Counted from the stretch's first letter, positions 19,486 to 29,475 are shown. The stretch is DNA of 57,264 nt from an uncultured Eubacteriales bacterium (GCA_964445305.1 CAYUKK010000213.1:1-57264); one strand, 5' to 3'. Numbers and translations: made by a program. The notes: generated from the sequence alone by a model not told the origin.

Positions 19486-22209
19486 CTATTTTATCATACC
19501 TGCCGCTTTCTTCTCATCGAGGACGACGCGAAGCCCTGTGTATTCGAGAGGTGGAGGAGAGGGCGAGGACAAGCGGTCGTTGGGGGTGACGGCGCAAAGC
19601 CCCATGGCTTTTCCCTCCCCCTTTTCGTCCTCCGCCCATTCCGCTGCATTCCCACCCAAGCCGAAGACGAGGGGCTCGGAGGAAGAGATGCTCCGCTCTA
19701 CGGAGACGAGCAGAGGGACGGGGCCGGGAATCTCTTTGATCACTTCGAGCAGGAGTTTGGTTTCATCAGGGGTGGGCGAGTAGCCGGCCCAGAGGTCGAG
19801 CGTGTTTTCGCTTTTTCCGGCGTGCTTGGCCAGCTTCTCCGCCTCGGATGAAGTTGGGAGGCGGAAAGGCTGACCGGTGATGTCCTTCAGCCACCGAACG
19901 TAGGCCCTGGCCTTCTCCAAAGGTACGCCAGTCACGGGATAATTTTCCGTGCCCGGCTCATAGGAATAGCTCGGGTCAAAGGCTGCCCACTGGGCTCTGG
20001 TGACCTCGAACCGACCCACGCTTAGCCCTTCCACCTTAACGGTCTCTGGGATGAGGCGACCCTCATGGCTGAGGCCAAAAAGCCGGCCGACTTTGGCGAT
20101 GGCCTTCATCTTGAGGGCGACATCAAGAGGCGAATCCTCCTTCAGGACTTCGGGAACGAGTTTTTCGGTGGCGAAAAGATAGCGGTCGAACCAGGCTAGC
20201 TCTTCCTCTATTTTCCGGAGCTGGTGGGTAAGCTTGCGCAGGCCGTGCGGTTCTCCAGGGAAAATGAGGAAGCGCACGGGTGCTTTCCCGATTTGCTGGA
20301 GGGCCCGGTAATACTCCCAGCCCTGGCCATAGGGCACATTCGTATCCTCTGTGCCGTGGAAGATAATGGTTGGAACCTTCATGTCCTTAAGGTGGAAGAG
20401 CGGCGATTTGGCGATATAATGCTCGAGCTCATCCCAGGGAGCCCCTTTGAAATAGTAGTTGTCGAAGCTCACCCCGAAAGCGCAGTTCCCATAGTCGGAG
20501 ATCCAGTTCACATCAGCGGCGCCAATGCCAGCGACCTTGAAGCGGTCGGTCCAGGTCGTCAGTCCCATGCTCAAGATGCCGCCGTTCGACCAGCCCATGG
20601 TAGCCAGCTTTGCTGGGTCGACGAGCCCCCTCTCGATGAGCCAGTCGATGCCGCTGAGGATGTCCGGGATTTCGAGCTCGTAATAGCGTCCTTTGATCGA
20701 TTCGGCGAACTTCTGGCCGTATCCACCCGACCCGTGGTAGTTGGGCATCAGGACAAAGGCACCGCGCTGGGCGATGAGGTTGGGATAATAAGCATAGGAT
20801 TCATCGAAGACATCCATGTCCACGCCCGTCGGGCCGCCGTGGATCATGACGACAAGAGGGTAGCGGCGTGACGGCTCGTAATCATGGGGATAATAAAGGA
20901 TGCCCTCGATTTCTTCATCGAGAGCTCCTCGCCAGCGAATAACCTCAGCTCGGGCCATGGACTTTTTTTCCAAGTGACCGTTGAGACTGGTCAATTTTCG
21001 CTGGTGAACGAGGCGGTTGTCTATAACCTCAGCAGCGTACCACTGGGTAGGGGAGGAGGCTTTTGAATAGGCATAAACGGCACGATTTCCTTTTTTCTGA
21101 AGACGAAGTCCGTAGACGTAGGGATAGTGCTCTCCTTCGAGGTCCTTGTGGGAATAGGATTCGCCTTTCTTATAATAACGACGCCATTTAGGCCTGGCGC
21201 CATTCGCCAGGGAGGCGATAAAACCATCCTCACGGACTTCAAAGCCAAGATAGAAAAGCCCCAACTCCCAGGCGAGAGGGATTTCCCGGTGTGTTCGTGT
21301 CGCCAAGTCAAAATAGTAGAGGAAGTCGGCGCCGGGGCCTTCGTGGACGGGGTCGCTTGTCCTCGTCACCGTGAAGTAGAATCCATTTTCGTCAGCAGAC
21401 CAGAAGAAACGGGATGGCTTAAAACTCGGGTCGGGGAAGATCTCGGTGGAAGAGCCGCTCTGGCGCTCCCATAGATAGAAACGCGGCTTCACTTTCTTGT
21501 CCACTTCATACCGGACGCTCTGGTTGTTTCGGGTGATGACCCATTTTTTCTGGGGCGAGAGGGCGAAGTCCGTTATCTGATCGGTGTTGAGAGTCAGGCG
21601 GGTCGTCTTTTTCTCCCTGATCTTATAACTGAACAGACGCTGAGGGGGCATGTGCTCCTGGTCCTCGGCGATGACAGAGGTGTCCTTTTTCTCCTTGGCG
21701 TTTCGTTCCCGCCAGCTCATCTCTTCGCGGGCGAGAAAAAGGATTTCTCCGTCGTCGACCCAGTCGAAAGCGATGACCCCGAATGTCAAGTCGGTCGCTT
21801 TCCAGGGCTCTCCCCCTTGGCGGTCGAGGACCCAGAGTTGAGCGCCTTGAGCCTCTTCCTTTTCTTCCTCTTTATCCTTGCGGGTGCTGAGGAAAGCTAT
21901 CCATTTTCCCGATGGCGACCAGCGCGGGCTGAACTCACTCGCTGAGCCTCGCGTCAATTCGATGGTTTCTCCTTCGCGATCCAGAGGGCTGAGACAGAGA
22001 TGTCGCACCCGGCTGTTCTTTTCTTTGTCCGGTGTCGTCTTCACCCAGATAACCAAGTTTCCATCGGGAGAAATGTCGAATTCGGAGGCGCTTTCCTGGA
22101 AGACAACGTCCTCGGCTTTCCAAGGTGGATTTGACCTTTCCTCTGGAAAGAGGGGCATGAAATAAAAAAGGACTAGCCAGGCCCAAAGCCAATCGATTTT
22201 TCTTTTCAT
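19486..22209 (-). CDS. Secreted S9-family serine peptidase (beta-propeller plus prolyl-oligopeptidase catalytic domain) fused to a C-terminal FGE-sulfatase/SUMF1-like domain
   Basis: 907 aa with an N-terminal signal-like segment. The catalytic residues are GWSNGG (Ser), FHGTEDTNVP (Asp) and PGEPHGL (His). The last ~190 aa contain FEVTRAQWAAF, YPVTGVPLEKARAYVRWL, FRLPTSSEAEKLA, GLGGNAAEWAED and GLRVV, which are typical of the FGE-sulfatase fold. Confidence 0.8.
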   Translation of the reverse strand: MKRKIDWLWAWLVLFYFMPLFPEERSNPPWKAEDVVFQESASEFDISPDGNLVIWVKTTPDKEKNSRVRHLCLSPLDREGETIELTRGSASEFSPRWSPSGKWIAFLSTRKDKEEEKEEAQGAQLWVLDRQGGEPWKATDLTFGVIAFDWVDDGEILFLAREEMSWRERNAKEKKDTSVIAEDQEHMPPQRLFSYKIREKKTTRLTLNTDQITDFALSPQKKWVITRNNQSVRYEVDKKVKPRFYLWERQSGSSTEIFPDPSFKPSRFFWSADENGFYFTVTRTSDPVHEGPGADFLYYFDLATRTHREIPLAWELGLFYLGFEVREDGFIASLANGARPKWRRYYKKGESYSHKDLEGEHYPYVYGLRLQKKGNRAVYAYSKASSPTQWYAAEVIDNRLVHQRKLTSLNGHLEKKSMARAEVIRWRGALDEEIEGILYYPHDYEPSRRYPLVVMIHGGPTGVDMDVFDESYAYYPNLIAQRGAFVLMPNYHGSGGYGQKFAESIKGRYYELEIPDILSGIDWLIERGLVDPAKLATMGWSNGGILSMGLTTWTDRFKVAGIGAADVNWISDYGNCAFGVSFDNYYFKGAPWDELEHYIAKSPLFHLKDMKVPTIIFHGTEDTNVPYGQGWEYYRALQQIGKAPVRFLIFPGEPHGLRKLTHQLRKIEEELAWFDRYLFATEKLVPEVLKEDSPLDVALKMKAIAKVGRLFGLSHEGRLIPETVKVEGLSVGRFEVTRAQWAAFDPSYSYEPGTENYPVTGVPLEKARAYVRWLKDITGQPFRLPTSSEAEKLAKHAGKSENTLDLWAGYSPTPDETKLLLEVIKEIPGPVPLLVSVERSISSSEPLVFGLGGNAAEWAEDEKGEGKAMGLCAVTPNDRLSSPSPPPLEYTGLRVVLDEKKAAGMIK

Positions 22210-22415
22210 CGTCGTTTCTTTCCTCCTTTCCCGTGGACCGGAGAATTGGAATGACCTATTATAGAGAGGGGGTGTTTTTTCTTCAAACAGAGAAGCAACA
22301 AATCGTTAGGGGGGCGGCTCCAGGCCCCACGAGCTGACCCCTCATGTTTTGCTGCTCCGTTCAAACGTTTTGCTCTTGTCCTTTGCCTCTGGATAATGTA
22401 TCCTTAAGATTTCTT

Positions 22416-23300
22416 ATGGATGCAAAGATGAAGCTCCGACTTTTCGGCGGTGTCCTCCTTCTTTTGATGTTCCTTGGGCTCCAGGTTTTGGGAGCAGCGA
22501 AGAAAAATATTACGGTAAGCCTTGACAGGAAGGAAATCCGGGATTTGACCAGTCGAGGGCTTATCCTCGTTTTTTTTCTCAAAGTGGCCAACTCCTCTTC
22601 TTCTCCCTTTTACCTCGAGCAGGCGGATTACCGGGTTGTCGTTGAAGAAAAGGATTATTTTAGCCTGAAATCATCTCTGGATGAGCCAATCCTTGTTCCT
22701 CCCGGCGGCGAAACCTCTGTTTCCCTCCCCGTCAAAGTCACTTATGCTCTTCTTTTCGAGGCAGTGGGCGAGTTGGGGGAAAAATCGCGGCTTGCCTCTT
22801 ATGTCACGGGCTTGATGATGTTCTCCGACGGAAGAAGAATCAGGGAGAAAGTGCCCTTTGCCTTTTCCGCCGACTTTCCCGTTTTTCAGGACTTGGGGGC
22901 TGAAATCCATCCACTTGAAGTTAATGCCCTTAGCCTTGGGGGAGCTGAGTTGACCTTTGCCTTCACCCTGAAAAACCCCAATAGCTTTGACCTGGAGCTC
23001 AACCGTTCCGTTTACCAGCTCAAGCTGGGGGGAAAGGTGGTGGCGGAGGGCTCGATCAGGGCAGGGGAGAGAATTGAGAGCCGGAGCGAAAAAAGGCTTT
23101 CCCTTCCCCTCATCCTGGATTTTTTTGAGCTGGGCCGTGACCTCCAAGCTGTCCTGGAGCGACCCGCGGCCGAGTGCGAGCTCGTGGCTGAGCTTGAGGC
23201 GAGCACAGTGTGGGGAGAGGTGAAGGTCGAAGTTTCGAAGAAGGAAGCTGTGGCTGTGGAAAAAAAAGGCGATGATCTCCGTCATCATCCCCACCTATAA
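22416..23300 (+). CDS. Secreted protein with two tandem LEA_2 / WHy-like beta-sandwich domains
   Basis: The signal peptide is MKLRLFGGVLLLLMFLGLQVLGA. Two repeats of the pattern 'LxFxLKxxNPNSFxLxL...YxLxLxGxxV' follow, for example LTFAFTLKNPNSFDLELNRSVYQLKLGGKVVAEG. The start is ambiguous between ATG 22416 and ATG 22428. The tracked start at 22344 adds a Cys-rich leader that looks non-coding. Confidence 0.6.
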   Translation: MDAKMKLRLFGGVLLLLMFLGLQVLGAAKKNITVSLDRKEIRDLTSRGLILVFFLKVANSSSSPFYLEQADYRVVVEEKDYFSLKSSLDEPILVPPGGETSVSLPVKVTYALLFEAVGELGEKSRLASYVTGLMMFSDGRRIREKVPFAFSADFPVFQDLGAEIHPLEVNALSLGGAELTFAFTLKNPNSFDLELNRSVYQLKLGGKVVAEGSIRAGERIESRSEKRLSLPLILDFFELGRDLQAVLERPAAECELVAELEASTVWGEVKVEVSKKEAVAVEKKGDDLRHHPHL

Positions 23301-24129
23301 TAGGGCTTCTTTTCTCCGGGAGGCCATGGCCTCGGTTTTAGCTCAGGACGTCCTTCGACGGCCTCATTCCCCCGCCGACATCGAGGTTCTCGTCGTGGAC
23401 GATGGCTCAGCGGATGCCACTCGGGAAGTGGCGCTTTCTTTTGGCGCCATCGTCCGCTATCAGCGTCTTCCCCACCGGGGCGTGAGTGCAGCCCGAAACG
23501 TCGGTCTTCGTCTTGCTCGGGGCGAATACATTGCCTTCTTGGATTCCGATGACCTCTGGCAGAAGGAGAAGCTGGCTGTCCAGTTAAGTTTTCTTCGTGC
23601 TTTTCCGGAGGCGATGGTCTGTTACACCGATGAAATCTGGATGAAAAACGGCCTCCGCCTCAACCCTCAGCTCAAGCACCAGAAGTTTTCTGGCTGGATC
23701 TTTGATAAGGTCCTCCCCCTCTGCCTTTTGAGCCTCTCTTCATGCCTCTTTCGCCGTCGTGTCTTCGAAGAGGTGGGCGATTTTGATGAGAGTTTCCCTG
23801 TCTGCGAGGATTATGAATTTGGAATCCGGTTGGCCTGGCGCTACCCCATTCACCTCATTCGCCGAGCGTTGATCATCAAGCGCGGCGGACATCCTGACCA
23901 GCTCTCGAGACAGTATTGGGGGATGGACAGGTTCCGAGTCAAGGCCTTGGAGAAAGCCTTAACCCTTCCTCTGGAGCCGTGGCAAAGGAGGCTTGTCGAA
24001 GCCGAAATCGTCAGGAAATGCATCATCCTGGTCAAGGGCTTCGAGAAGAGGCAAAATTGGGTGGAAGCGGAAAGATACCGCGCCAAAATCCAGAGGTACA
24101 GCCCCTCAGCCGTTTACCCTTTCTTTTAG
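23272..24129 (+). CDS. Family 2 glycosyltransferase
   Basis: 285 aa. MISVIIPTYNRASFL, VVDDGSAD and FLDSDD (DxD) are the GT2 motifs. It overlaps the upstream gene by 29 nt. Confidence 0.88.
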   Translation: MISVIIPTYNRASFLREAMASVLAQDVLRRPHSPADIEVLVVDDGSADATREVALSFGAIVRYQRLPHRGVSAARNVGLRLARGEYIAFLDSDDLWQKEKLAVQLSFLRAFPEAMVCYTDEIWMKNGLRLNPQLKHQKFSGWIFDKVLPLCLLSLSSCLFRRRVFEEVGDFDESFPVCEDYEFGIRLAWRYPIHLIRRALIIKRGGHPDQLSRQYWGMDRFRVKALEKALTLPLEPWQRRLVEAEIVRKCIILVKGFEKRQNWVEAERYRAKIQRYSPSAVYPFF

Positions 24130-24893
24130 AACCAATAATTAATTCCCAGCGATATCTGGTAGCCGCTGAGGTCGAATTTATCGAACCCCTCGAAGTTTTC
24201 TAAGGTGCCCTTCCCGAAGTTGTATTTGATTTCAGCCTCGAAGGCGATTCGTTTGGCGAAGGGAATAAGAATTCCGGCAAAGGCCTGGTAGCCTACGCTG
24301 AAGCGAGATTCGTCCCGAGCGTCGACGAGCTTGATTTTATAAACCGGAACATCCCCCACATCCGGGTCTTCGTAGACCCATTCGTCAGAGAAGTCGATCA
24401 TGTCCCCTTGCATCCGGACATTCCAGATGTAAAGCGATAAGCCCGCTCCAAGGTAGGGAATTAACCCTGTCCGACGGCCGAAGGGGGTAAGTTTCAGGGA
24501 CATCTGGATGGGGGTGATGGACACGTTGAACACATGGTTGATGAGGAACTCGCCTTCATAATCGCTGGGGAAGGCGAAATCCCCCTCGGCGAATTCGTAT
24601 CCGACGTAGTCACGGTAGCTACCAACCTTGTTTTGACTGTAGCCTTCGATCCCCAGGCAAAAGCTTATCTCTCGGGTGACGAAGCGCTCGTAAACGAAGC
24701 CGAGCGTCGTGTTCTGGTAGTTGGACTTGGTGAAGGTCATCTGGTCAAACTCTGTCGTCCAGAGCTCACTCTGGGCTCGGGGAATGAAGTACCCGGCGCG
24801 GACGGAGATAGCGTCAGCTAAACCGACGACGGGAAGAAGAACGAGGATAAAACCCAGAATTCCTATCGATTTTCTCATCTTTTTCTCCTCCAC
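24126..24893 (-). CDS. Outer-membrane beta-barrel protein (OmpW/OmpA-beta-like porin family)
   Basis: 255 aa. It has a signal peptide, alternating amphipathic beta strands and the terminal sequence SLGINYWF with an aromatic last residue. Confidence 0.7.
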   Translation of the reverse strand: MEEKKMRKSIGILGFILVLLPVVGLADAISVRAGYFIPRAQSELWTTEFDQMTFTKSNYQNTTLGFVYERFVTREISFCLGIEGYSQNKVGSYRDYVGYEFAEGDFAFPSDYEGEFLINHVFNVSITPIQMSLKLTPFGRRTGLIPYLGAGLSLYIWNVRMQGDMIDFSDEWVYEDPDVGDVPVYKIKLVDARDESRFSVGYQAFAGILIPFAKRIAFEAEIKYNFGKGTLENFEGFDKFDLSGYQISLGINYWF

Positions 24894-25068
24894 TTAAATA
24901 AAGCAAGTTCTGTGCCAAATCTGGTCTATGGCTCTTCGAGGGGCAGCCCGGACCGCACGGTGTGTCCAAAATTGGTCAGCTGTCACCTTTTTTCCTTCGT
25001 TATCATCCCCCTTCTTATAAACCAAACGAGAGGAATTATCAACTCAGAAATCTACCGGGAGAGGTGAG

Positions 25069-25097
25069 TTGACTTCGCGGGTCCCGGCCACTACCAT
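25069..25097 (+). promoter_or_regulatory. Putative sigma70-type promoter of tsaC that would give a leaderless mRNA
   Basis: TTGACT (25069-25074), a 17-nt spacer, then TACCAT (25092-25097). The tsaC ATG at 25104 lies 7 nt after the -10, and no Shine-Dalgarno sequence is present. Confidence 0.35.
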
Positions 25098-25103
25098 TTA
25101 GCC

Positions 25104-25745
25104 ATGGAGTCGAGGATCATCCAGATCGACCCGGCCGAAGTGGAGCCGGAAAAGCTCGGCCTCATGGCCAGGGTTGTCTCGAGGGGAGGAGTGATGGCCT
25201 ACCCTACCGAAACATTCTACGGACTTGGGGCCCACTCCTTGTTACCCGAAGCCTTGCGCCGAATCTTCTCCATGAAAAAGAGACCGGCGGGTCGAGCCCT
25301 TCCGGTCATTGTCTCCGACATGGACATGGCCAGGTCGATCATCCAGTCTTCGTCGCCCCTGTTCGAAGAATTGGCGAGCCTGTGCTGGCCGGGGCCTTTG
25401 ACCCTCATCCTCAGAGCGGCTCCGCATCTTCCGGAGGAGCTCGTGGGGCCCGAGCGGACGATCGGCATCCGCCTCCCCGACGTGCCCTGGTTGAGGCATC
25501 TGGTCCGTCGAGTCGGGGCCCCTCTCACTACCACCAGTGCCAACATTTCAGGCAAGCGGGAAATTGCCTCGCCAAGGAGGGTTGTTCAGCTCTTCAGCGG
25601 TCGGGTTGACCTCATCGTCGATGGTGGCAGAACGCCAGGGCGTCTGCCCTCGACAGTACTCGACCTCACTTCAGGAAAAGCGAGGCTTGTCCGCCAGGGC
25701 GCCTTTCCTTTAGCCAAGCTCAGGAAATATCTGGAGATGCTCTGA
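25104..25745 (+). CDS. tsaC: L-threonylcarbamoyladenylate synthase (YrdC/TsaC/Sua5 family)
   Basis: 213 aa. The YrdC-domain motifs are GGVMAYPTETFYGLG, LTLIL and TTTSANISG. Confidence 0.9.
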   Translation: MESRIIQIDPAEVEPEKLGLMARVVSRGGVMAYPTETFYGLGAHSLLPEALRRIFSMKKRPAGRALPVIVSDMDMARSIIQSSSPLFEELASLCWPGPLTLILRAAPHLPEELVGPERTIGIRLPDVPWLRHLVRRVGAPLTTTSANISGKREIASPRRVVQLFSGRVDLIVDGGRTPGRLPSTVLDLTSGKARLVRQGAFPLAKLRKYLEML

Positions 25746-25775
25746 GGGCTTGGGTTCTCTGGGAATGTTGACTGA

Positions 25776-27704
25776 CTATTTTACCTTGGCGCCGGCGGGA
25801 ACATCCCGGTCGAAGAAAGGGATAATTGCCTTCCCGCCAACTTCGGCAGCCAGAAGCATCGCCTGGGATTCGATACCCCGGATGACAGCTGGCTTGAGGT
25901 TGACAATGACGACGAGCTTCTTCCCGATGAGCTCCTCCGGGCTATAGGTGTCGGCCACCCCAGCTACCATCGTCCTTTTTTCGGCACCGATATCGACCTC
26001 GATCTTGAGGAGCTTGTCCGTGCCGGGGACGCGCTCGGCACGGAGGACCTCTCCCACCCGGAGGTCCATCCTCTTGAATTCGTCAAAGCTAATGGCATCC
26101 ATTTTTTCCTCCTTTTTGCCCGGTGTCTCTTCTTCTCTTAGGAACTCTTCGAGAACCACTCTCGGGAAAAGGGGCTTCAAACCCTTCGGAATCTTGAGGC
26201 CTGGCTTGAGGCCATCGAATCGCAAGTCGGCGAAACGTGTTTCCTCGAGCGACTCCCGCCCGCCGAGCATCTCCCAGACCTTCTGGCTTGACTCGGGAAT
26301 GACGGGGTAGAGAAGGTAGGCCACGCCCCGTATGGCCGCCGCTGCCTGGTAGAGTATCCTGGCCAATCGAGGCCGGGAGCCTTGATCGCGAGCCAGCTTC
26401 CATGGCTCGTTCTCGGCCAGGTATTTATTGACCGAATTGATGTAAACCCAGATTTCTTCCAGGGCCCGACTGATTGCGTAGTCCTCGAAGTGCTCAGCTA
26501 CTCTTTCCCGGAGGGATTCGAATTCCTGCCGGATTTTCCTGTCGTTTTCTTTTTCTTCTTCGCCCTGTTCGATCACCCCACCAAAGTTGCCAACGATCAT
26601 GGTCATGGTCCGATGGACGAGATTGCCCAGGTCGTTGGCCAAATCAGAGTTGACCCGGTGGAGGAACCCTTCATGGGAGAAGTTTCCATCAAGACCGATC
26701 GGGATTTCGCGGAGAAGGAAGTAGCGCAGAGGGTCGGCGCCGAACGTTTTCAGGATAACGTGGGGGTCGAGGACATTGCCCTTGGATTTCGACATCTTCG
26801 TCTCATCACGGAGCCACCAGCCATGACCGAAAACCGTTTTGGGGAGAGGAAATCCTGCCGCCATGAGGAAAGCAGGCCAGAAGATGGCGTGGAAGCGGAG
26901 GATGTCTTTGCCGATGAGGTGGATGGTCGCCGGCCAGAACTTCTCGAAGCGTGCCAAGTCCCAATCATAGCCGATGCCTGTCAGATAGTTGTGGAGGGCA
27001 TCGAACCAGACATAAATGGTGTGCTCGGGGTCGTCGGGCACGGGGATGCCCCATTTGACGGTCGTCCGCGTGATGCTCAAGTCCTTAAGACCCTGCCGGA
27101 CGAAGCTGACGACTTCGTTCATCCGGCTGGCCGGCCTGACGAAGCTCGGGTTTTTCTGGTAGAAATCGAGCAGGGGTTGCTCGTAGCGGGAGAGACGGAA
27201 GAAGTAGCATTCTTCGGCCACGAGGATGGCTTTCTTGCCACAGTCGGGGCATGTTTTCGAGCCGTCAGGCTCAAGGGGAACCTCGTCAGCGAGAAAATTC
27301 TCGTCCGAAACACAGTACCATCCCTGGTAAACTCCCTTGTAGATATCACCTTTTTCCTTGAGCCTGAGGAAGATTTTCTGAACGCTGCGCTCGTGGACGG
27401 GTTCGGTCGTGCGGATAAAAAAATCGTAGGAGATGTTGAGGGCTTGCCAGAGGTCCTTGAAGCGGCCGACCACGCTATCGGCCAGTTCCCACGGCTGGAG
27501 TCCCTTCTCCTGGGCTGCTCTTTCTATTTTTTGGCCATGCTCGTCTGTACCGGTGAGGAAAAAGACTTCTTTCCCGCGGAGCCGGTTGAAACGGGCCAGA
27601 GCGTCAGCAATGATGGTCGTATATGCATGGCCGATATGGGGAACATCGTTGACATAGTAGATGGGTGTTGTGACGTAAAAAGTTGGCTTAGACTTCCTTG
27701 CCAC
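25776..27704 (-). CDS. metG: Methionine--tRNA ligase with a C-terminal EMAP/Trbp111-like tRNA-binding domain
   Basis: 642 aa. It has [13 protein letters not shown] (HIGH), KMSKSKGN (KMSKS) and a CPDCG zinc knuckle. The C-terminus contains [13 protein letters not shown]...[10 protein letters not shown]. Confidence 0.96.
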   Translation of the reverse strand: MARKSKPTFYVTTPIYYVNDVPHIGHAYTTIIADALARFNRLRGKEVFFLTGTDEHGQKIERAAQEKGLQPWELADSVVGRFKDLWQALNISYDFFIRTTEPVHERSVQKIFLRLKEKGDIYKGVYQGWYCVSDENFLADEVPLEPDGSKTCPDCGKKAILVAEECYFFRLSRYEQPLLDFYQKNPSFVRPASRMNEVVSFVRQGLKDLSITRTTVKWGIPVPDDPEHTIYVWFDALHNYLTGIGYDWDLARFEKFWPATIHLIGKDILRFHAIFWPAFLMAAGFPLPKTVFGHGWWLRDETKMSKSKGNVLDPHVILKTFGADPLRYFLLREIPIGLDGNFSHEGFLHRVNSDLANDLGNLVHRTMTMIVGNFGGVIEQGEEEKENDRKIRQEFESLRERVAEHFEDYAISRALEEIWVYINSVNKYLAENEPWKLARDQGSRPRLARILYQAAAAIRGVAYLLYPVIPESSQKVWEMLGGRESLEETRFADLRFDGLKPGLKIPKGLKPLFPRVVLEEFLREEETPGKKEEKMDAISFDEFKRMDLRVGEVLRAERVPGTDKLLKIEVDIGAEKRTMVAGVADTYSPEELIGKKLVVIVNLKPAVIRGIESQAMLLAAEVGGKAIIPFFDRDVPAGAKVK

Positions 27705-28272
27705 TCGATAAACCTCCTCGCATGAACATCATGGCCTCGGCTCGTGTTGGACTATGGGTCCGGAAGGAGCCACGGACGGCCGAGGTGACGGTCACCGACT
27801 TGGGCTTTTTAGGCCCGCGCATGGACATGCACATGTGCTCGGCTTCGATGACGACCATCACGCCGAGGGGCTTGAGGTGTTCGTCGAGGAGGTCAGCGAT
27901 CTGCTTGGTCAGGCGCTCCTGGACCTGAAGCCGGCGCGACAGGCAATCGACGACTCTGGCAATCTTGGACAGCCCGACGATCCTCCCTCCCCGCGGAATG
28001 TAGGCGACATGGGCGACGCCGGCGAAGGGCAAAAGATGATGCTCGCACATGGAATAAAGGGGAATGTTCTTGATGAGAACCATCTCGTCGTGTTTTTCCT
28101 CTTGGATCACCCGGAGATGCTTGGCCGCGTTTTCTTTCGCCCCGCCCAGGATTTCCCGGAACATGCGGGCGACGCGCCGGGGAGTATCTCGCAAACCCGG
28201 CCTGGCCGGGTCCTCGTCAACTCCCTCCAGGACGAGCCGAATCCCTTTCTCAATTTTTTTCAGGTCCATCAC
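27688..28272 (-). CDS. folE: GTP cyclohydrolase I
   Basis: 194 aa. [13 protein letters not shown] and [11 protein letters not shown] match FolE type 1. It overlaps the metG start by 17 nt. Confidence 0.94.
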   Translation of the reverse strand: MMDLKKIEKGIRLVLEGVDEDPARPGLRDTPRRVARMFREILGGAKENAAKHLRVIQEEKHDEMVLIKNIPLYSMCEHHLLPFAGVAHVAYIPRGGRIVGLSKIARVVDCLSRRLQVQERLTKQIADLLDEHLKPLGVMVVIEAEHMCMSMRGPKKPKSVTVTSAVRGSFRTHSPTRAEAMMFMRGGLSSGKEV

Positions 28273-28290
28273 TTTTTCCTTCCAGCGACG

Positions 28291-29475
28291 TCAGGACTTT
28301 TTCTGTCTTTTCCTCGAGTACTCACTGAGCGCCATCTGACTGATCACCTTGACCGGAATCTTCTTCTTTCGGGCGGCCTCCAGACAATCGCTGAATTCCG
28401 GCTGGACATTGATTTCTTCTCCACGGAGAGTGGCCACTTTGATGCCAATCTTCTCTCCCTGCACATGGACTTTCTCTACCTTCCTGGAGAGGACCCTTCT
28501 TTCGACAGGGAATATCCGGACGCCGATGGAGCTCGTTTCTCTGAAAATGGCCTCGACGAGCTCATCTATTTTACCAGCATCCGCAAGAAGGGTCAATTTA
28601 CTGCCCGGCCGGCCTTTTTTCATGACCACCGGCGCGAGGTCAACGTCGAGAGCTCCGCTCTCCAGAGCCACTTCAGCAAAATGGGCCAGCAACTGGGGAG
28701 TGGCATCGTCCAGGTTGGTTTCGATTTGGAAAATTTTTTTCCGGGCGTTGAATTCTCTCTCCTCGCCATAGAATATTCTCAGAATATTGGGAAAGCCGTC
28801 GAAATCCTTTGTTCCCGCTCCATAGCCAATTTTCTCGTAGGCCATTTCAGGAAAGGGGATGAACTTTACTGCCCAGGTGGCCACGATGGCTGCGCCCGTT
28901 GGAGTCACGAGCTCCTCATCTGCCATGGCCGAATAGACGGGGACGTGTTTGAGGATTTCGGCCACGGCCGGCGGGGGAACAGGCAAGAGGCCGTGGCTTG
29001 TCTTGACCCAGCCCCTTCCCACATTGAGGGGGGAGGAGTAAACGCGGCTGACGCCAAGCTCCTCGGCCAGATAACAACATCCAAGGACATCGACAAGAGC
29101 GTCGTCTGCACCGGCTTCATGGAGATGAGCTTCTTCGAACGGATGGCCATGCACTCGAGCTTCAGCAGTGAAAAGGGTCTTGAACACGGCCAGAGCATTG
29201 TTCTTAACCCCCTTTGAAAACGAGCTCCCCTGAATGAGCGCTTCGACATCTTTGAAGCGGCGGGGGTGACGGCGCTTCAACGGCCGAACTTTAACGTCAA
29301 CTTTAAGGCTGCGCAACCCGCACCGCTTGGTTTCGTGAACTTCAACCGTGACGGGAAGTTTCAGGGTGGCGATTTTCTCTTTGAACCGGGTTATTGGAAA
29401 TCCCAAATCAAGGAGAGCGCCAAGAATCATATCGCCGCTCAGCCCGGCGCTTGCTTCCAAAAAAATGAACTTCAC
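28291..29475 (-). CDS. larC: LarC-family nickel insertion protein (DUF111; nickel-pincer cofactor biosynthesis)
   Basis: VKFIFLEASAGLSGDMILGALLDLG is the LarC N-terminal motif. The GTG at 29475 is preceded by GAAGGTGAG. The tracked 610-aa ORF (to 30123) is an out-of-frame read-through into cobB. Confidence 0.82.
   Translation of the reverse strand: MKFIFLEASAGLSGDMILGALLDLGFPITRFKEKIATLKLPVTVEVHETKRCGLRSLKVDVKVRPLKRRHPRRFKDVEALIQGSSFSKGVKNNALAVFKTLFTAEARVHGHPFEEAHLHEAGADDALVDVLGCCYLAEELGVSRVYSSPLNVGRGWVKTSHGLLPVPPPAVAEILKHVPVYSAMADEELVTPTGAAIVATWAVKFIPFPEMAYEKIGYGAGTKDFDGFPNILRIFYGEEREFNARKKIFQIETNLDDATPQLLAHFAEVALESGALDVDLAPVVMKKGRPGSKLTLLADAGKIDELVEAIFRETSSIGVRIFPVERRVLSRKVEKVHVQGEKIGIKVATLRGEEINVQPEFSDCLEAARKKKIPVKVISQMALSEYSRKRQKKS

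Noticed and set aside
19486-20100. Whether the FGE/C-type-lectin-fold C-terminus of the S9 peptidase is a diversity-generating-retroelement target
   Set aside because: The window contains no reverse transcriptase gene. There is also no room for a template repeat downstream, because the next gene starts 21 nt away. I saw no second copy of the 3' coding segment.
26382-29217. Two long plus-strand ORFs (26382-27725, 447 aa; 27754-29217, 487 aa)
   Set aside because: They are antisense to metG and to folE plus larC, all of which have strong family motifs. The antisense translations are low-complexity (D/E/G/F-rich), lack domains and have no ribosome-binding sites.
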